DNA from: a virus
Taxonomy: Duplodnaviria; Caudoviricetes
Virus record (IMG/VR): IMGVR_UViG_3300025030_001424
Location: 1-26,260 of that record
Direction: 5' to 3' (one strand)
Length of the DNA: 26,260 nt
In this document: positions 17,100-25,313 of the stretch, one piece after another
Layout: each line of letters opens with the position of its first letter
Numbering within the stretch: position 1 is the first letter of the stretch
Position numbers and translations under genes: made by a program
Notes under the pieces: model-generated
What the model was told of the DNA's origin: nothing
Seen by the model: only the letters and a program-made list of their open reading frames with translations
The model's database searches: none

Positions 17100-17317
17100 T
17101 TCTTTTCCTTTGATTCTTGAAAAAGAGAGAGTAACGCTTCAACCTGAATATCAAGAAAAACTACTCCGTTTATTTTCTTTGACTTAATTTTTCTTTTTAA
17201 CTCCTCCTCTCTTTGAGCGAGAATAGATAGCCACCAATCTACTTCTTTTTCAGTAACACCAAGCTGGACATAATGAAAGTGTTTTTTGAACTCCTCTTTA
17301 ATTTGTTCTTTCTTCAT
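17096..17317 (-). CDS. Small helical hypothetical protein
   Basis: Tiled operon; K/E-rich. Confidence 0.65.
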   Translation of the reverse strand: MKKEQIKEEFKKHFHYVQLGVTEKEVDWWLSILAQREEELKRKIKSKKINGVVFLDIQVEALLSLFQESKEKK

Positions 17318-17322
17318 CCTTT

Positions 17323-18207
17323 CTAAAGAGACATTGCCAACAACTCTATCTCTACTTTTAGTTGATCAATCAACTGTTGCATCAAGTTTAAAATCTGCTG
17401 TTCTAGCCAGCTTACACTACCACCAAATCCTTCTGGTTGTCTGCACCACTCCGTTCTTGTTGCTGTACACCACACAATGCCTCCACTTGGTGTTCTATGA
17501 ACTTCTATAGGTGCAAGAGCAGATGGAGGTGGAGGGGGCGTGTCCGAAGGACACGGAACCTCTGTCTGTATTCCCTCGTCGTTCGGGCATACGTCTACTG
17601 GAGCCGGTGGCTCTGCGCAAGGAAGTTCTGTTTGTATTCCTTCCTCTGGACACAAATCTACTGGCGGAGGCGGGGGCAATACGCATTCTCCTTCTTCAAG
17701 AATGTAGCCCTCTGGTACAATTTCCTGATTGCCTTCAAGATTCGGGCAAACATCTACGGGAGGCGGAGGTAGCACACACTGCCCTTCCTCTAAGATATAT
17801 CCCTCAGGCACTTCGTATTGATTGCCATCGATATTCGGGCAAACATCGGGACAGTCTTTTTTGACCGTGACCCTTGCGTTGTCGATTCTGTCACCCGGGC
17901 TAGGGTTGAACTCTCCGGGGAACTCATCGATGTAGTCAAAGTATCCGGCGTGTCCGTCCCCATCCACATCAAGTTCCACTTTTACCAGCACATACGGATC
18001 GTTGGTAGAGATTGTTATTTCTCTAGCTAGAGGGAAGTCGAAGTCAATAGAAACTTTCTCGTCGTAGTAGTCTCCGAAGTTGCCCTCATGGGATCCAGTG
18101 CTTCTTTGTTCATAAACAAACTCTGCACCACAGGCGACTACTGTTGCTCCTGCACTGAGCGGAAGCGCAAACATGGCTAAAAGTGCAATTGATAATAATT
18201 TTTTCAT
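17323..18207 (-). CDS. Secreted Pro-rich protein with four DxCP (thrombospondin-3-like) repeats
   Basis: Signal peptide MKKLLSIALLAMFALPLSAGA; DVCPNxxGNQxxVPEGYILEEGxCVLPPPP twice and DxCP..EGIQTExPC twice; C-terminal coiled coil. Confidence 0.75.
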   Translation of the reverse strand: MKKLLSIALLAMFALPLSAGATVVACGAEFVYEQRSTGSHEGNFGDYYDEKVSIDFDFPLAREITISTNDPYVLVKVELDVDGDGHAGYFDYIDEFPGEFNPSPGDRIDNARVTVKKDCPDVCPNIDGNQYEVPEGYILEEGQCVLPPPPVDVCPNLEGNQEIVPEGYILEEGECVLPPPPPVDLCPEEGIQTELPCAEPPAPVDVCPNDEGIQTEVPCPSDTPPPPPSALAPIEVHRTPSGGIVWCTATRTEWCRQPEGFGGSVSWLEQQILNLMQQLIDQLKVEIELLAMSL

Positions 18208-18241
18208 TAATCTTTGAAGATTACTTATAATTTCCCCTCTC

Positions 18242-19039
18242 TCAGCCGTGGGACTCAGCTATATGACTTGTTAATATTTCAAATCCGTCTTTCTTCACTA
18301 AAATCATATGTTCGAACATAGCGCAAACCTGATCATCAATACAAAACGCAGTCCATTTATCACCCATCATGCCTACAATGGCCTTGCCCGGAGTGATCAT
18401 CGGCTCAACACAGATAATTTGACCTTCTTCGAGCAAAATATTGTCGTTTGCCTTATCGTAATAGTGAGGAATAAAGGGTTTCATGTGCATTTCCTTGCCT
18501 ATAGCATGACCCCCAAAGTCCTTGATGACTCTAAATCCCATTTTGGAGACATAGTCCTCAATAGCTCTGCCTATGGCTGAAACAGGCGCTCCAGCTCTCA
18601 CTACCTCAATACCGCGATAAAGTCCTTCCTTAGCATATCTCAAGGCTCTAAGGCGTCTATTTGAGACATGTTCTCCGACAGGCACAGTCAGGGCGGCATC
18701 ACCGCAGACACCTTTATATTTTATTCCTAAGTCGTAAGTAATGATGTCTCCATCCTTTAAGGTCCTGTTATGGGGCGGAGCGTGACAAATCTCCTCATTG
18801 AGAGCAAAACAGACCGTAGCCGGATACGGGATCTCGGCCCACTTAGGATGATAGCCTTTATTAAAAGGAATGGCACCGGCTTCTCGGATTAGGCGTTCGG
18901 CCAGTTCGTCGAGCATGTCAAGACTGACTCCGGGAGCGGTCATTTTTTCAAGTTCAAGAAGTACTTTAGAAACAATATCGGCGGCTTTACGCATGTTTTC
19001 AAGTTCACTTCCAGAAGATAAAAATGAAAATAAACTCAT
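18242..19039 (-). CDS. map: Methionine aminopeptidase, type I
   Basis: All metal and substrate residues are present: ICH, YDLG, GDAA, GGHAIG, MH, VEPM, FEHM. Confidence 0.95.
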   Translation of the reverse strand: MSLFSFLSSGSELENMRKAADIVSKVLLELEKMTAPGVSLDMLDELAERLIREAGAIPFNKGYHPKWAEIPYPATVCFALNEEICHAPPHNRTLKDGDIITYDLGIKYKGVCGDAALTVPVGEHVSNRRLRALRYAKEGLYRGIEVVRAGAPVSAIGRAIEDYVSKMGFRVIKDFGGHAIGKEMHMKPFIPHYYDKANDNILLEEGQIICVEPMITPGKAIVGMMGDKWTAFCIDDQVCAMFEHMILVKKDGFEILTSHIAESHG

Positions 19040-19470
19040 GTCAATTTAATTTTACCGATAATTTTCTTAAGCGTCGCCCGATCACGAAGATCTGTGACAA
19101 AGTTATCGGCTATATAAAACATGTTATAAACAAAATGTTCTTTGCCTATTATCGGTGCCTCTTTTTTTTCAGGGACCGGTTCTGTATTCATCTTAACTTC
19201 CATACCGCCGCTTGTAGGTACAGTGAAGTTAAGTTGATCAAGAAGCTCTTGAATTTTAAGTATGCCTTTCTGTGAAATAGAAAGAAGTTTCCCTTGAGGG
19301 TAACCGGCCCGGACAATGTTATAAGCGTCTCCTTCACTAAAAGCCAATACCGCCATGACTCTGAAAGGAAACTGAATAAACATCGGACCTTCTTGTACGC
19401 TGTAAAGAAAGAGTCTTAATGGCTCATCTCCTTTAGCGATATCATATTTTTTCTTAATTGCGTCGTTCAT
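19036..19470 (-). CDS. Hypothetical protein (start revised to ATG 19470, MNDAIKKK...)
   Basis: The 5' extension in the track overlaps a recognisable zinc-ribbon gene in another frame; ATGA-coupled to map. Confidence 0.65.
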   Translation of the reverse strand: MNDAIKKKYDIAKGDEPLRLFLYSVQEGPMFIQFPFRVMAVLAFSEGDAYNIVRAGYPQGKLLSISQKGILKIQELLDQLNFTVPTSGGMEVKMNTEPVPEKKEAPIIGKEHFVYNMFYIADNFVTDLRDRATLKKIIGKIKLT

Positions 19471-19630
19471 TGTCCTTACCTTTAAATCTTTCTCGTTGCT
19501 TAAGTCGATGTTCAGAACATCGTTTCGGTGGAGGGTATCCTTGTTCAGCATAGTAACTTTGATCTCTTTCCGTAAATTCAAAAATAATATTGCATCCGGG
19601 TTCCGCACATTTAATTTCTTGACTTGGCAT
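19454..19630 (-). CDS. 58-aa zinc-ribbon protein (zf-trcl-like) MPSQEIKCAEPGCNIIFEFTERDQSYYAEQGYPPPKRCSEHRLKQRERFKGKDNERRN (not in ORF track)
   Basis: Matches the family pattern C..C...F.FT..EQ.FY.EKG....PKRC..CR, with the last Cys replaced by His. Confidence 0.85.
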   Translation of the reverse strand: MPSQEIKCAEPGCNIIFEFTERDQSYYAEQGYPPPKRCSEHRLKQRERFKGKDNERRN

Positions 19631-19646
19631 TTTCTCAAAACTTAAT

Positions 19647-19786
19647 TTAATAATCCGCCCACCTTGAGGATCATCAGAGGGAGAACAATGGCCAAAGTTT
19701 ACTTACGTTGGGAGGACAATATGAAGTGCCCTTTCCAAACCATTGACACGCCCCCTATGATAATCCCCAAAAGAGAGGACTACTAA
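19647..19786 (-). ncRNA. Unclassified 140-nt structured RNA element
   Basis: Nested stems of 10 bp, 15 bp and 8 bp plus an apical hairpin; every non-Watson-Crick pair in these three stems is G-U on the minus strand. Confidence 0.7.
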
Positions 19787-19941
19787 GCAGCACCTCCTCC
19801 GCCTCCACCCGTAGCTACTGCTTCGAGCTTACCTTCGTTAACGAGCGGCTGTGCCACTTCTTCTGAAAGCTCTACTACTGAGTCGACTACTTGTACAGCA
19901 CCATCGAGCTCAAACTCCACGAGGACTTTATAACTTGGCAT
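19783..19941 (-). CDS. 52-aa small protein MPSYKVLVEFELDGAVQVVDSVVELSEEVAQPLVNEGKLEAVATGGGGGGAA (not in ORF track)
   Basis: ATG after an AT-rich leader; Y.V...DG...VEL.EE.A..LV..G.LE pattern seen in small phage beta-domain proteins; double TAG stop. Confidence 0.75.
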   Translation of the reverse strand: MPSYKVLVEFELDGAVQVVDSVVELSEEVAQPLVNEGKLEAVATGGGGGGAA

Positions 19942-20004
19942 ATTATTATTTAATTAATTCTAATAAAGACTTTTCGGACCTTGTCGATCTCAAAATCCAT
20001 CTGC

Positions 20005-20703
20005 TCATTTGTATTTAAGCAGATCATTGATAGAGACGTCTTCATCCCATTCATCAATGAAGTAGTAAATATCCGGTTCCTCTTTAAATTGACCAAAGAG
20101 GATTGGATCTACTACATCTCTGATCCAGAACACACAAAAAGAATCAAATATCTTTTCTTTCTGTGCTCTGGCTAGTTTAACTTTAACATGTTTTGGAAGC
20201 GGTTTATCGTATTCCTCAAGATCATCAATCACCAACTCTTTACCTTTAGGAAGATGATCACGGTACTTCTCAATCATATTCTTATGAATGATGGTATCGT
20301 AATCTCTCAAGTTCGCAGCTGCTTTTTTGAGATTAAGATTCATAATTTTTTCAAATTGCTCTGCCACATTCTTTTGCCCGATAGAAGCATGTTCAGCCGC
20401 CTGTTCAAAGGCTTCTTCAGCCAGTTTCTGATAAAACTTCTTCTCCATTTTAGTCAAGCCTTTCTTGACTACTTTAAAGAAAGCTCGCGCCTGAAGTTCC
20501 GGCTGACTGGTATCCTTACGACCCCAAAACGTTTTACGTTTACGAGCAACATAAGCATTACCCTGAATCCAACCATTATCAACTGTTGTAATAATTCCAT
20601 TACCAATAAGCCAAGATCCGGTTCCAGCCGTGGTGGTAGTTTGCCAATCAATAGAAGAAGCTGTGGTAATTCCACTTCCAGTAATGTTAATTGTATTATC
20701 CAT
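20005..20703 (-). CDS. Phage hypothetical protein with DPILFG...YYFIDEWD C-terminal motif
   Basis: 232 aa in the tiled minus-strand operon; low-complexity Thr/Gly N-terminus. Confidence 0.7.
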   Translation of the reverse strand: MDNTINITGSGITTASSIDWQTTTTAGTGSWLIGNGIITTVDNGWIQGNAYVARKRKTFWGRKDTSQPELQARAFFKVVKKGLTKMEKKFYQKLAEEAFEQAAEHASIGQKNVAEQFEKIMNLNLKKAAANLRDYDTIIHKNMIEKYRDHLPKGKELVIDDLEEYDKPLPKHVKVKLARAQKEKIFDSFCVFWIRDVVDPILFGQFKEEPDIYYFIDEWDEDVSINDLLKYK

Positions 20704-20708
20704 AATAT

Positions 20709-21518
20709 TTATTTTACTTTTTTCTCTTTGCTCTTTCCAGTCGCATTTTTTTGCGGTGTAACTTCTTCAACTTTTTTTTCTGGCTCATTAAGAGATAAAC
20801 TAGCTGGTAATACTAACACCGGCGCTTCCTTAGCGTTCTTCTTACTATCGAAATAGTCGTACTGCCAGACAGCGCGCACACTCTCAAACACCTTGTAATG
20901 CTCTTTCCACTCAGGGTAAAGCACATAACGGTAGCCGTTCTTATTTTTCGCCCCGAGCTGAAGAGCAGCCGTGATGTCGATCTTCAGATCAGTATTCTCC
21001 TCAACAGCTTTAGCATATGAAGCAAATTGAAGAGGGAAATGTTCGTGGATACCGGAGCCACTCTTAAGGTCAAGAAGTACGTTCTGACTAGCAATCTCAT
21101 AAATGCGATCGAGCCGGCCAGCATATCCACCCTTCTTAGAGAATACTGGAAACTCCTTAGCGACGAGTTTCGGTTGTGTATCTTTGTACCAGACAACAAA
21201 CGAGTTAATCTTGAACCACTCTTCGAGAGAATAATCCTCTTTTACGAGAGTATCACCGTCCTCAAGCTTGTCGCAAGCGGTGTGGATCCTCGTTCCTCGC
21301 TCTCCTGCTTTTGACTTAATTCTCTGAGACTCATGCCAGCCCTGCTCTGCAATCCACTGAGTAAGATGCGGAGACTGCGGATAAGCATTGAGAATAGTAG
21401 TCGAGGACGGAAAAGTGCCGAGAAATTTCTCTTTCTTCTTGCCTTGTTCCCAGACGTTATACCAGTGTCCGGTCAACGTATCGGCAAGCTCTACTCTGTA
21501 ATGCTTAAGGATTTTCAT
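20709..21518 (-). CDS. PD-(D/E)XK exonuclease (RecB/Cas4-like phage exonuclease)
   Basis: PSSTTIL, GTRIH, YAGRLD, LDLKSG and LQFASY motifs. Confidence 0.85.
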   Translation of the reverse strand: MKILKHYRVELADTLTGHWYNVWEQGKKKEKFLGTFPSSTTILNAYPQSPHLTQWIAEQGWHESQRIKSKAGERGTRIHTACDKLEDGDTLVKEDYSLEEWFKINSFVVWYKDTQPKLVAKEFPVFSKKGGYAGRLDRIYEIASQNVLLDLKSGSGIHEHFPLQFASYAKAVEENTDLKIDITAALQLGAKNKNGYRYVLYPEWKEHYKVFESVRAVWQYDYFDSKKNAKEAPVLVLPASLSLNEPEKKVEEVTPQKNATGKSKEKKVK

Positions 21519-21613
21519 TTTCTTAGTAGATTATTAATACTTTTTAATTGATCATCAAGAACAGTTAACATTATGTTCCATTCCTTTTTCTTTACGATTT
21601 TGTAGTTGAACAT
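21515..21613 (-). CDS. 32-aa peptide MFNYKIVKKKEWNIMLTVLDDQLKSINNLLRK (not in ORF track)
   Basis: Starts 5 nt after the SSB-like gene stop and ends in an ATGA overlap with the nuclease. Confidence 0.6.
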   Translation of the reverse strand: MFNYKIVKKKEWNIMLTVLDDQLKSINNLLRK

Positions 21614-21618
21614 AACTT

Positions 21619-22071
21619 TTAAAAGTCCCCGCCCGTTACGCTCTGACTATCAAGCCATTCCTTGTTCATAGTCGGTTTACCCTCGTTATCCTTCGGAGCG
21701 TAGATCTTGATAATTTTTGCTGGTCCGAGTTTACCTTCTACCTCTTCGGTAAAAGTAAGCTTGACTACCTGACCCGGACGGAGACTATTCATTTGACCAT
21801 TGAAGATGTCATTACGTCCCCAGACATTCCACGACTCACCTTTATTGATTGCCGTAGGCGTTTCCGCCGGCTTTTTCTTAGTGAGCTTATGAAACGAGCC
21901 CTTCTCTGTATAGAACTCATAAATACTGTTTAACCCGAACTGCGTTTCAACGTTATGACGCGCTTTCACGAATGTACCTATCACGAAATTTCCAACCTTC
22001 CCCCAATCGATAGTTAGTGAAGACATCTCACTTGACTCATCGAAGTTTGAATCATCAAATATATCTGGCAT
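21619..22071 (-). CDS. Putative single-stranded DNA-binding protein (OB-fold)
   Basis: Beta-rich core (GQVVKLTFTEE...AKIIKIY), C-terminal DF tail, adjacent to the exonuclease. Confidence 0.6.
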   Translation of the reverse strand: MPDIFDDSNFDESSEMSSLTIDWGKVGNFVIGTFVKARHNVETQFGLNSIYEFYTEKGSFHKLTKKKPAETPTAINKGESWNVWGRNDIFNGQMNSLRPGQVVKLTFTEEVEGKLGPAKIIKIYAPKDNEGKPTMNKEWLDSQSVTGGDF

Positions 22072-22086
22072 GGTAATAATTTTAAT

Positions 22087-22293
22087 TTATAACGTTACCT
22101 CTATTACTGTCGTTTGAAGACAGTGAATACAATAGACACAATACTTTCTCTGAACACTGTTGACCTCCTTATAGAATTGAGGCACAACTCGCCACTCATG
22201 CTCAAGCTCAGGAACAAGACACCCCACTTGCATCGGATTAACCTTGATCCCTCGATTTTTTTCTTCTACCTGCTTATCTTTTTGTGTGTTCAT
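22087..22293 (-). CDS. Small Zn-binding protein
   Basis: C...HEW...YCIHC motif. Confidence 0.65.
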   Translation of the reverse strand: MNTQKDKQVEEKNRGIKVNPMQVGCLVPELEHEWRVVPQFYKEVNSVQRKYCVYCIHCLQTTVIEVTL

Positions 22294-22306
22294 GTAAGAT
22301 CAGCAT

Positions 22307-22516
22307 TCACTTCGTATAAACTTTTTTCACCCACTTAGGAACCCATCGAGGCGGACACCTTCCAATAATACGCATAACTGTTGAGATATGCTTCATATTG
22401 AATATCTTGCCAATTTGTGACGGAGTATAGTCTTGTTTAAAAAGAGCCCAGATAAGCTCATTGCGTTTATCTGTTAAAAACTCTTCCACCTTATCCCCAA
22501 CAATATCTATTGGCAT
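22307..22516 (-). CDS. Small HTH DNA-binding protein
   Basis: RNELIWAL...YTPSQIGKIFNMKHISTVMRII helix-turn-helix; first gene of the leftward operon. Confidence 0.7.
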   Translation of the reverse strand: MPIDIVGDKVEEFLTDKRNELIWALFKQDYTPSQIGKIFNMKHISTVMRIIGRCPPRWVPKWVKKVYTK

Positions 22517-22522
22517 GTTTAC

Positions 22523-22551
22523 AGTATAAAGGATATACTATCGGAACGCAA
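22523..22551 (-). promoter_or_regulatory. Sigma70-like promoter TTGCGT-N17-TATACT, 6 nt from ATG 22516 (leaderless)
   Basis: -35 at 22551-22546, -10 at 22528-22523. Confidence 0.7.
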
Positions 22552-22579
22552 CTGGTACTTGCACTAAAAACATCAAACC

Positions 22580-22588
22580 TGTGGATAA
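22580..22588. promoter_or_regulatory. Perfect DnaA box (TGTGGATAA = TTATCCACA)
   Basis: Exact 9-mer overlapping the GTG start at 22581; a 1-mismatch box TTATCCCCA is at 22491-22499. Confidence 0.65.
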
Positions 22589-23228
22589 CTTGCTTAACAT
22601 ACAAAATGAAGAAAGGGAAGGGTATCTGACAAAACTCGAGAAAAATCATCAAGAAAGCTTACCAAACTACACTTTCTACCAGCTCCTTGAAATATTCCCT
22701 GAAGCTAGACCGGCTATGAGACGCGGTCTCCTCACAAACATAAAAAAATATAAAGCTGACCTTAACGAATCAGTCCGGGTAGAAAACGAAGGTAAAAAAA
22801 TTATCTTTAACAAAACAAATGATCTGCGCTCTCAAGAATTTTGGCTATCTGTTCTTAATGTTTTTTATATAGAGCCCCTCCGGGCCGGTAGAGAAAATAA
22901 GATTAAACAGAGCCGGTTCTATCTGTCGGCGCTGAAGCCGAAGAAAGCGAGCGAGGTGGATCCGAGTAAAATTACTGACACTGACATCGCTAGAGCTAAA
23001 GAAGTGCCGATTGAAAGTCTTTATGTCGGGAAATTGAACCGACAAGGCAGTCGAGCAACAGGACAATGCCCGTTCCATATAGAGAAAACAGGAAGCTTCA
23101 TGATCTATATCAAGCAAAACACCTTCTATTGTTACGGCTGTAATGCTGGCGGAGACGTGATCGAGTACATCATGCAATCGAGTAAGTGTAATTTTTTACA
23201 AGCGGTAAAGTTGCTAATCAATAAATAA
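22581..23228 (+). CDS. Protein with a C-terminal CHC2 (DnaG-type) zinc finger and no TOPRIM domain
   Basis: CPFHIEKTGSF...FYCYGCNAGGDVIEY...FLQAVKLL. Confidence 0.88.
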   Translation: MDNLLNIQNEEREGYLTKLEKNHQESLPNYTFYQLLEIFPEARPAMRRGLLTNIKKYKADLNESVRVENEGKKIIFNKTNDLRSQEFWLSVLNVFYIEPLRAGRENKIKQSRFYLSALKPKKASEVDPSKITDTDIARAKEVPIESLYVGKLNRQGSRATGQCPFHIEKTGSFMIYIKQNTFYCYGCNAGGDVIEYIMQSSKCNFLQAVKLLINK

Positions 23229-23229
23229 G

Positions 23230-23394
23230 ATGACCAAAAAACGATCAAAGTATTGGAACACTATGGTAGACATTCTTGATGGAGAATTTCCAAAGGGTGA
23301 ATGTAAAGAACGTGGTAGAGCATTAGTAATGATTTCTTATATTGAAATGATGCTTCAAGGAGTGAAGTTTAATAATAACGGAGAACCGAAATAA
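23230..23394 (+). CDS. 54-aa hypothetical protein MTKKRSKYWNTMVDILDGEFPKGECKERGRALVMISYIEMMLQGVKFNNNGEPK (not in ORF track)
   Basis: Fills the gap exactly, with 1-nt and 3-nt spacers. Confidence 0.7.
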   Translation: MTKKRSKYWNTMVDILDGEFPKGECKERGRALVMISYIEMMLQGVKFNNNGEPK

Positions 23395-23397
23395 AAA

Positions 23398-25074
23398 ATG
23401 AAAAACGAAGCCATCAGGTTGAATAGCACTGTCAGTATTGATCTCCCTAAACTTATTTCGGGTAAACTTCTGGTACAAGCTAATTCTGGTGGCGGTAAGT
23501 CATGGCTCATACGCCGTATTGTCGAGCGCGCTTACGGCAAGATCCAAATTATCATTCTTGACCCGGAGGGAGAGTTCTCAACTTTGCGCGAGAAATTTGA
23601 TTTTGTGCTTGCCGGTAAGGGAGGGGATACCCCAGCAGAGCCTCGCAGTGCAGCGCTTCTTGCGACACGATTACTTGAGCTCAAAGTTTCTACAATCATA
23701 GACCTCTACGAACTCCACCCACAAGAACGCAAGCATTTTGTAAGACTATTTTTAGAGTCTATGGTTAATGTCCCCAAAAGCCTCTATCACCCCACGCTGG
23801 TTATTCTGGATGAAGCACACACCTTCGCTCCTGAGAAGGGTGAGGCAGAGTCTCTTTCGGCTGTGGTTGGCATGGCTTCTCTCGGTCGCAAACGTGAGTT
23901 CTCCTTGATCCTTGCTACTCAGCGTATCTCTAAACTTCATAAAGATGCAGCCGCGGAGTGTAATAACAAGCTGATTGGTCGTGCTTCCCTTGACATTGAC
24001 CGTAAGCGCGCGGCTGATGAGCTTGGTATTACTGATAAGGAGAAAATTCTGGCCTTGCGCTCTCTTGAGCCGGGGGAATTCTTTGCTTTCGGTCCGGCTA
24101 TCTCGAACGAAGTAATTAAGATTAAAGTGGGCGAGGTTAGTACCTCAATACCAAAAGGAGGAGCTGAATATAAAGTTGTTCCTCCGACAGAGAGAGTAAA
24201 AAAACTTCTAGGCAAGTTAGCGGATCTTCCGGCTGAAGCACAGAAAGAGGCACAGACGGTAGCAGAAATGAAAGCTGAAATTAGAAAACTTCGTCAGCAC
24301 AAATGTGCTCCCGTAGGTAATTTACAAAAAGAGCTCGAACCACATTTGATTGCTATTGCTACTGAACGTAAAGCTACACATCAATGGGTGGAACAATGGA
24401 GAGAGTTCGTTGGATATATTCATGCACACACTCGCCTTGATCTTCTTAAGGTTATAAAAGACCTTGATGAAAAAATGAAAAATAAGCCTAGTAATAAACC
24501 GGCAGGAAGCTACATAGGAAAACTACCGGGCAATTCAAATATCGTTAAAAGTGAACCGATCAGACCCCTACCAGTCCAAAAAGAACCAAAAATGGACGGT
24601 GAAGAAAATAGATCTGAAGTTGGTATTTGTGCTAAGAAAATCTACAGTTTTCTACATGAGAATAGTGGAAAGAGCTTTACTAAAGTACAGCTCGGAGCTG
24701 TTACCGGTTACTCTCCAAAGTCTGGTGGATTTAACAATGCTATTGCACGCCTCAATGCTCTTGGACTCATCAGAAAGAATAGAGAGCTAATCGAGATGGG
24801 CCAATTAGATACAGAACATATCATCGAAGGAGAAGAATTCTCACCGGAGCCTCGTTTCTGGGAACGGAAGCTTGGTAAGTGTGAAATTGAGATTTATAAG
24901 TGGTTGTGGGAAAGACAAGGTGAGGTACACACCAAAGAAACTATCGGAGAAGAGACTCACTATTCTTCTACAAGCGGAGGATTTAATAATGCTGTCTCTC
25001 ATCTTAACGCCATCGGTCTAATCCGTAGGCAAGATGGGGGATTAACAGTAAATCCAGAACTTTTAAACTTATGA
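23398..25074 (+). CDS. HerA/FtsK-superfamily ATPase (DUF87-like) with two C-terminal winged-helix repeats
   Basis: Walker A ANSGGGKS, ILDPEGEF, Walker B ILDEAH, ATQR; duplicated TK..G..T.YS..SGGFNNA...LNA.GLIR. Confidence 0.85.
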   Translation: MKNEAIRLNSTVSIDLPKLISGKLLVQANSGGGKSWLIRRIVERAYGKIQIIILDPEGEFSTLREKFDFVLAGKGGDTPAEPRSAALLATRLLELKVSTIIDLYELHPQERKHFVRLFLESMVNVPKSLYHPTLVILDEAHTFAPEKGEAESLSAVVGMASLGRKREFSLILATQRISKLHKDAAAECNNKLIGRASLDIDRKRAADELGITDKEKILALRSLEPGEFFAFGPAISNEVIKIKVGEVSTSIPKGGAEYKVVPPTERVKKLLGKLADLPAEAQKEAQTVAEMKAEIRKLRQHKCAPVGNLQKELEPHLIAIATERKATHQWVEQWREFVGYIHAHTRLDLLKVIKDLDEKMKNKPSNKPAGSYIGKLPGNSNIVKSEPIRPLPVQKEPKMDGEENRSEVGICAKKIYSFLHENSGKSFTKVQLGAVTGYSPKSGGFNNAIARLNALGLIRKNRELIEMGQLDTEHIIEGEEFSPEPRFWERKLGKCEIEIYKWLWERQGEVHTKETIGEETHYSSTSGGFNNAVSHLNAIGLIRRQDGGLTVNPELLNL

Positions 25075-25301
25075 AATCAAAACTCCAAAAAATTCAAGAA
25101 AAACGAGGAGTTTATGAACGAAGCCGAAGAGGAAAAATCATATCTCGCCGACTAGAAATTCAAAACGAGGCTCGTAAGGAGGCTCTCAAAAAGAAAGAAA
25201 TAAAACCTACAAACGACACAGCTCCTCTTGTTTCTAAATCGCACGGCACTAAATGGCAGCATCTTGTCTACTGGATCAAAAGTCTATTCCACATGAATTA
25301 A
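25071..25301 (+). CDS. Small basic hypothetical protein
   Basis: ATGA overlap; K/R-rich with an amphipathic C-terminus. Confidence 0.6.
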   Translation: MKSKLQKIQEKRGVYERSRRGKIISRRLEIQNEARKEALKKKEIKPTNDTAPLVSKSHGTKWQHLVYWIKSLFHMN

Positions 25302-25313
25302 ATATTAACCCCA

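Noticed and set aside
19471-19638. N-terminal extension of track ORF 19036-19638
   Set aside because: It overlaps a recognisable zinc-ribbon gene in another frame.
19671-19677. CUGAUGA on the minus strand, suggesting a hammerhead ribozyme core
   Set aside because: No GAAA follows a stem II, and the motif is buried in the 15-bp helix.
20188-20856. 222-aa plus-strand ORF and similar antisense ORFs across the window
   Set aside because: These are shadows of well-supported genes on the opposite strand and have no motifs.
20709-21518. Cas4-like nuclease as evidence of a CRISPR system
   Set aside because: No repeat-spacer array or other cas gene is visible, the Fe-S cysteines are absent, and the SSB-like neighbour fits a recombination role.
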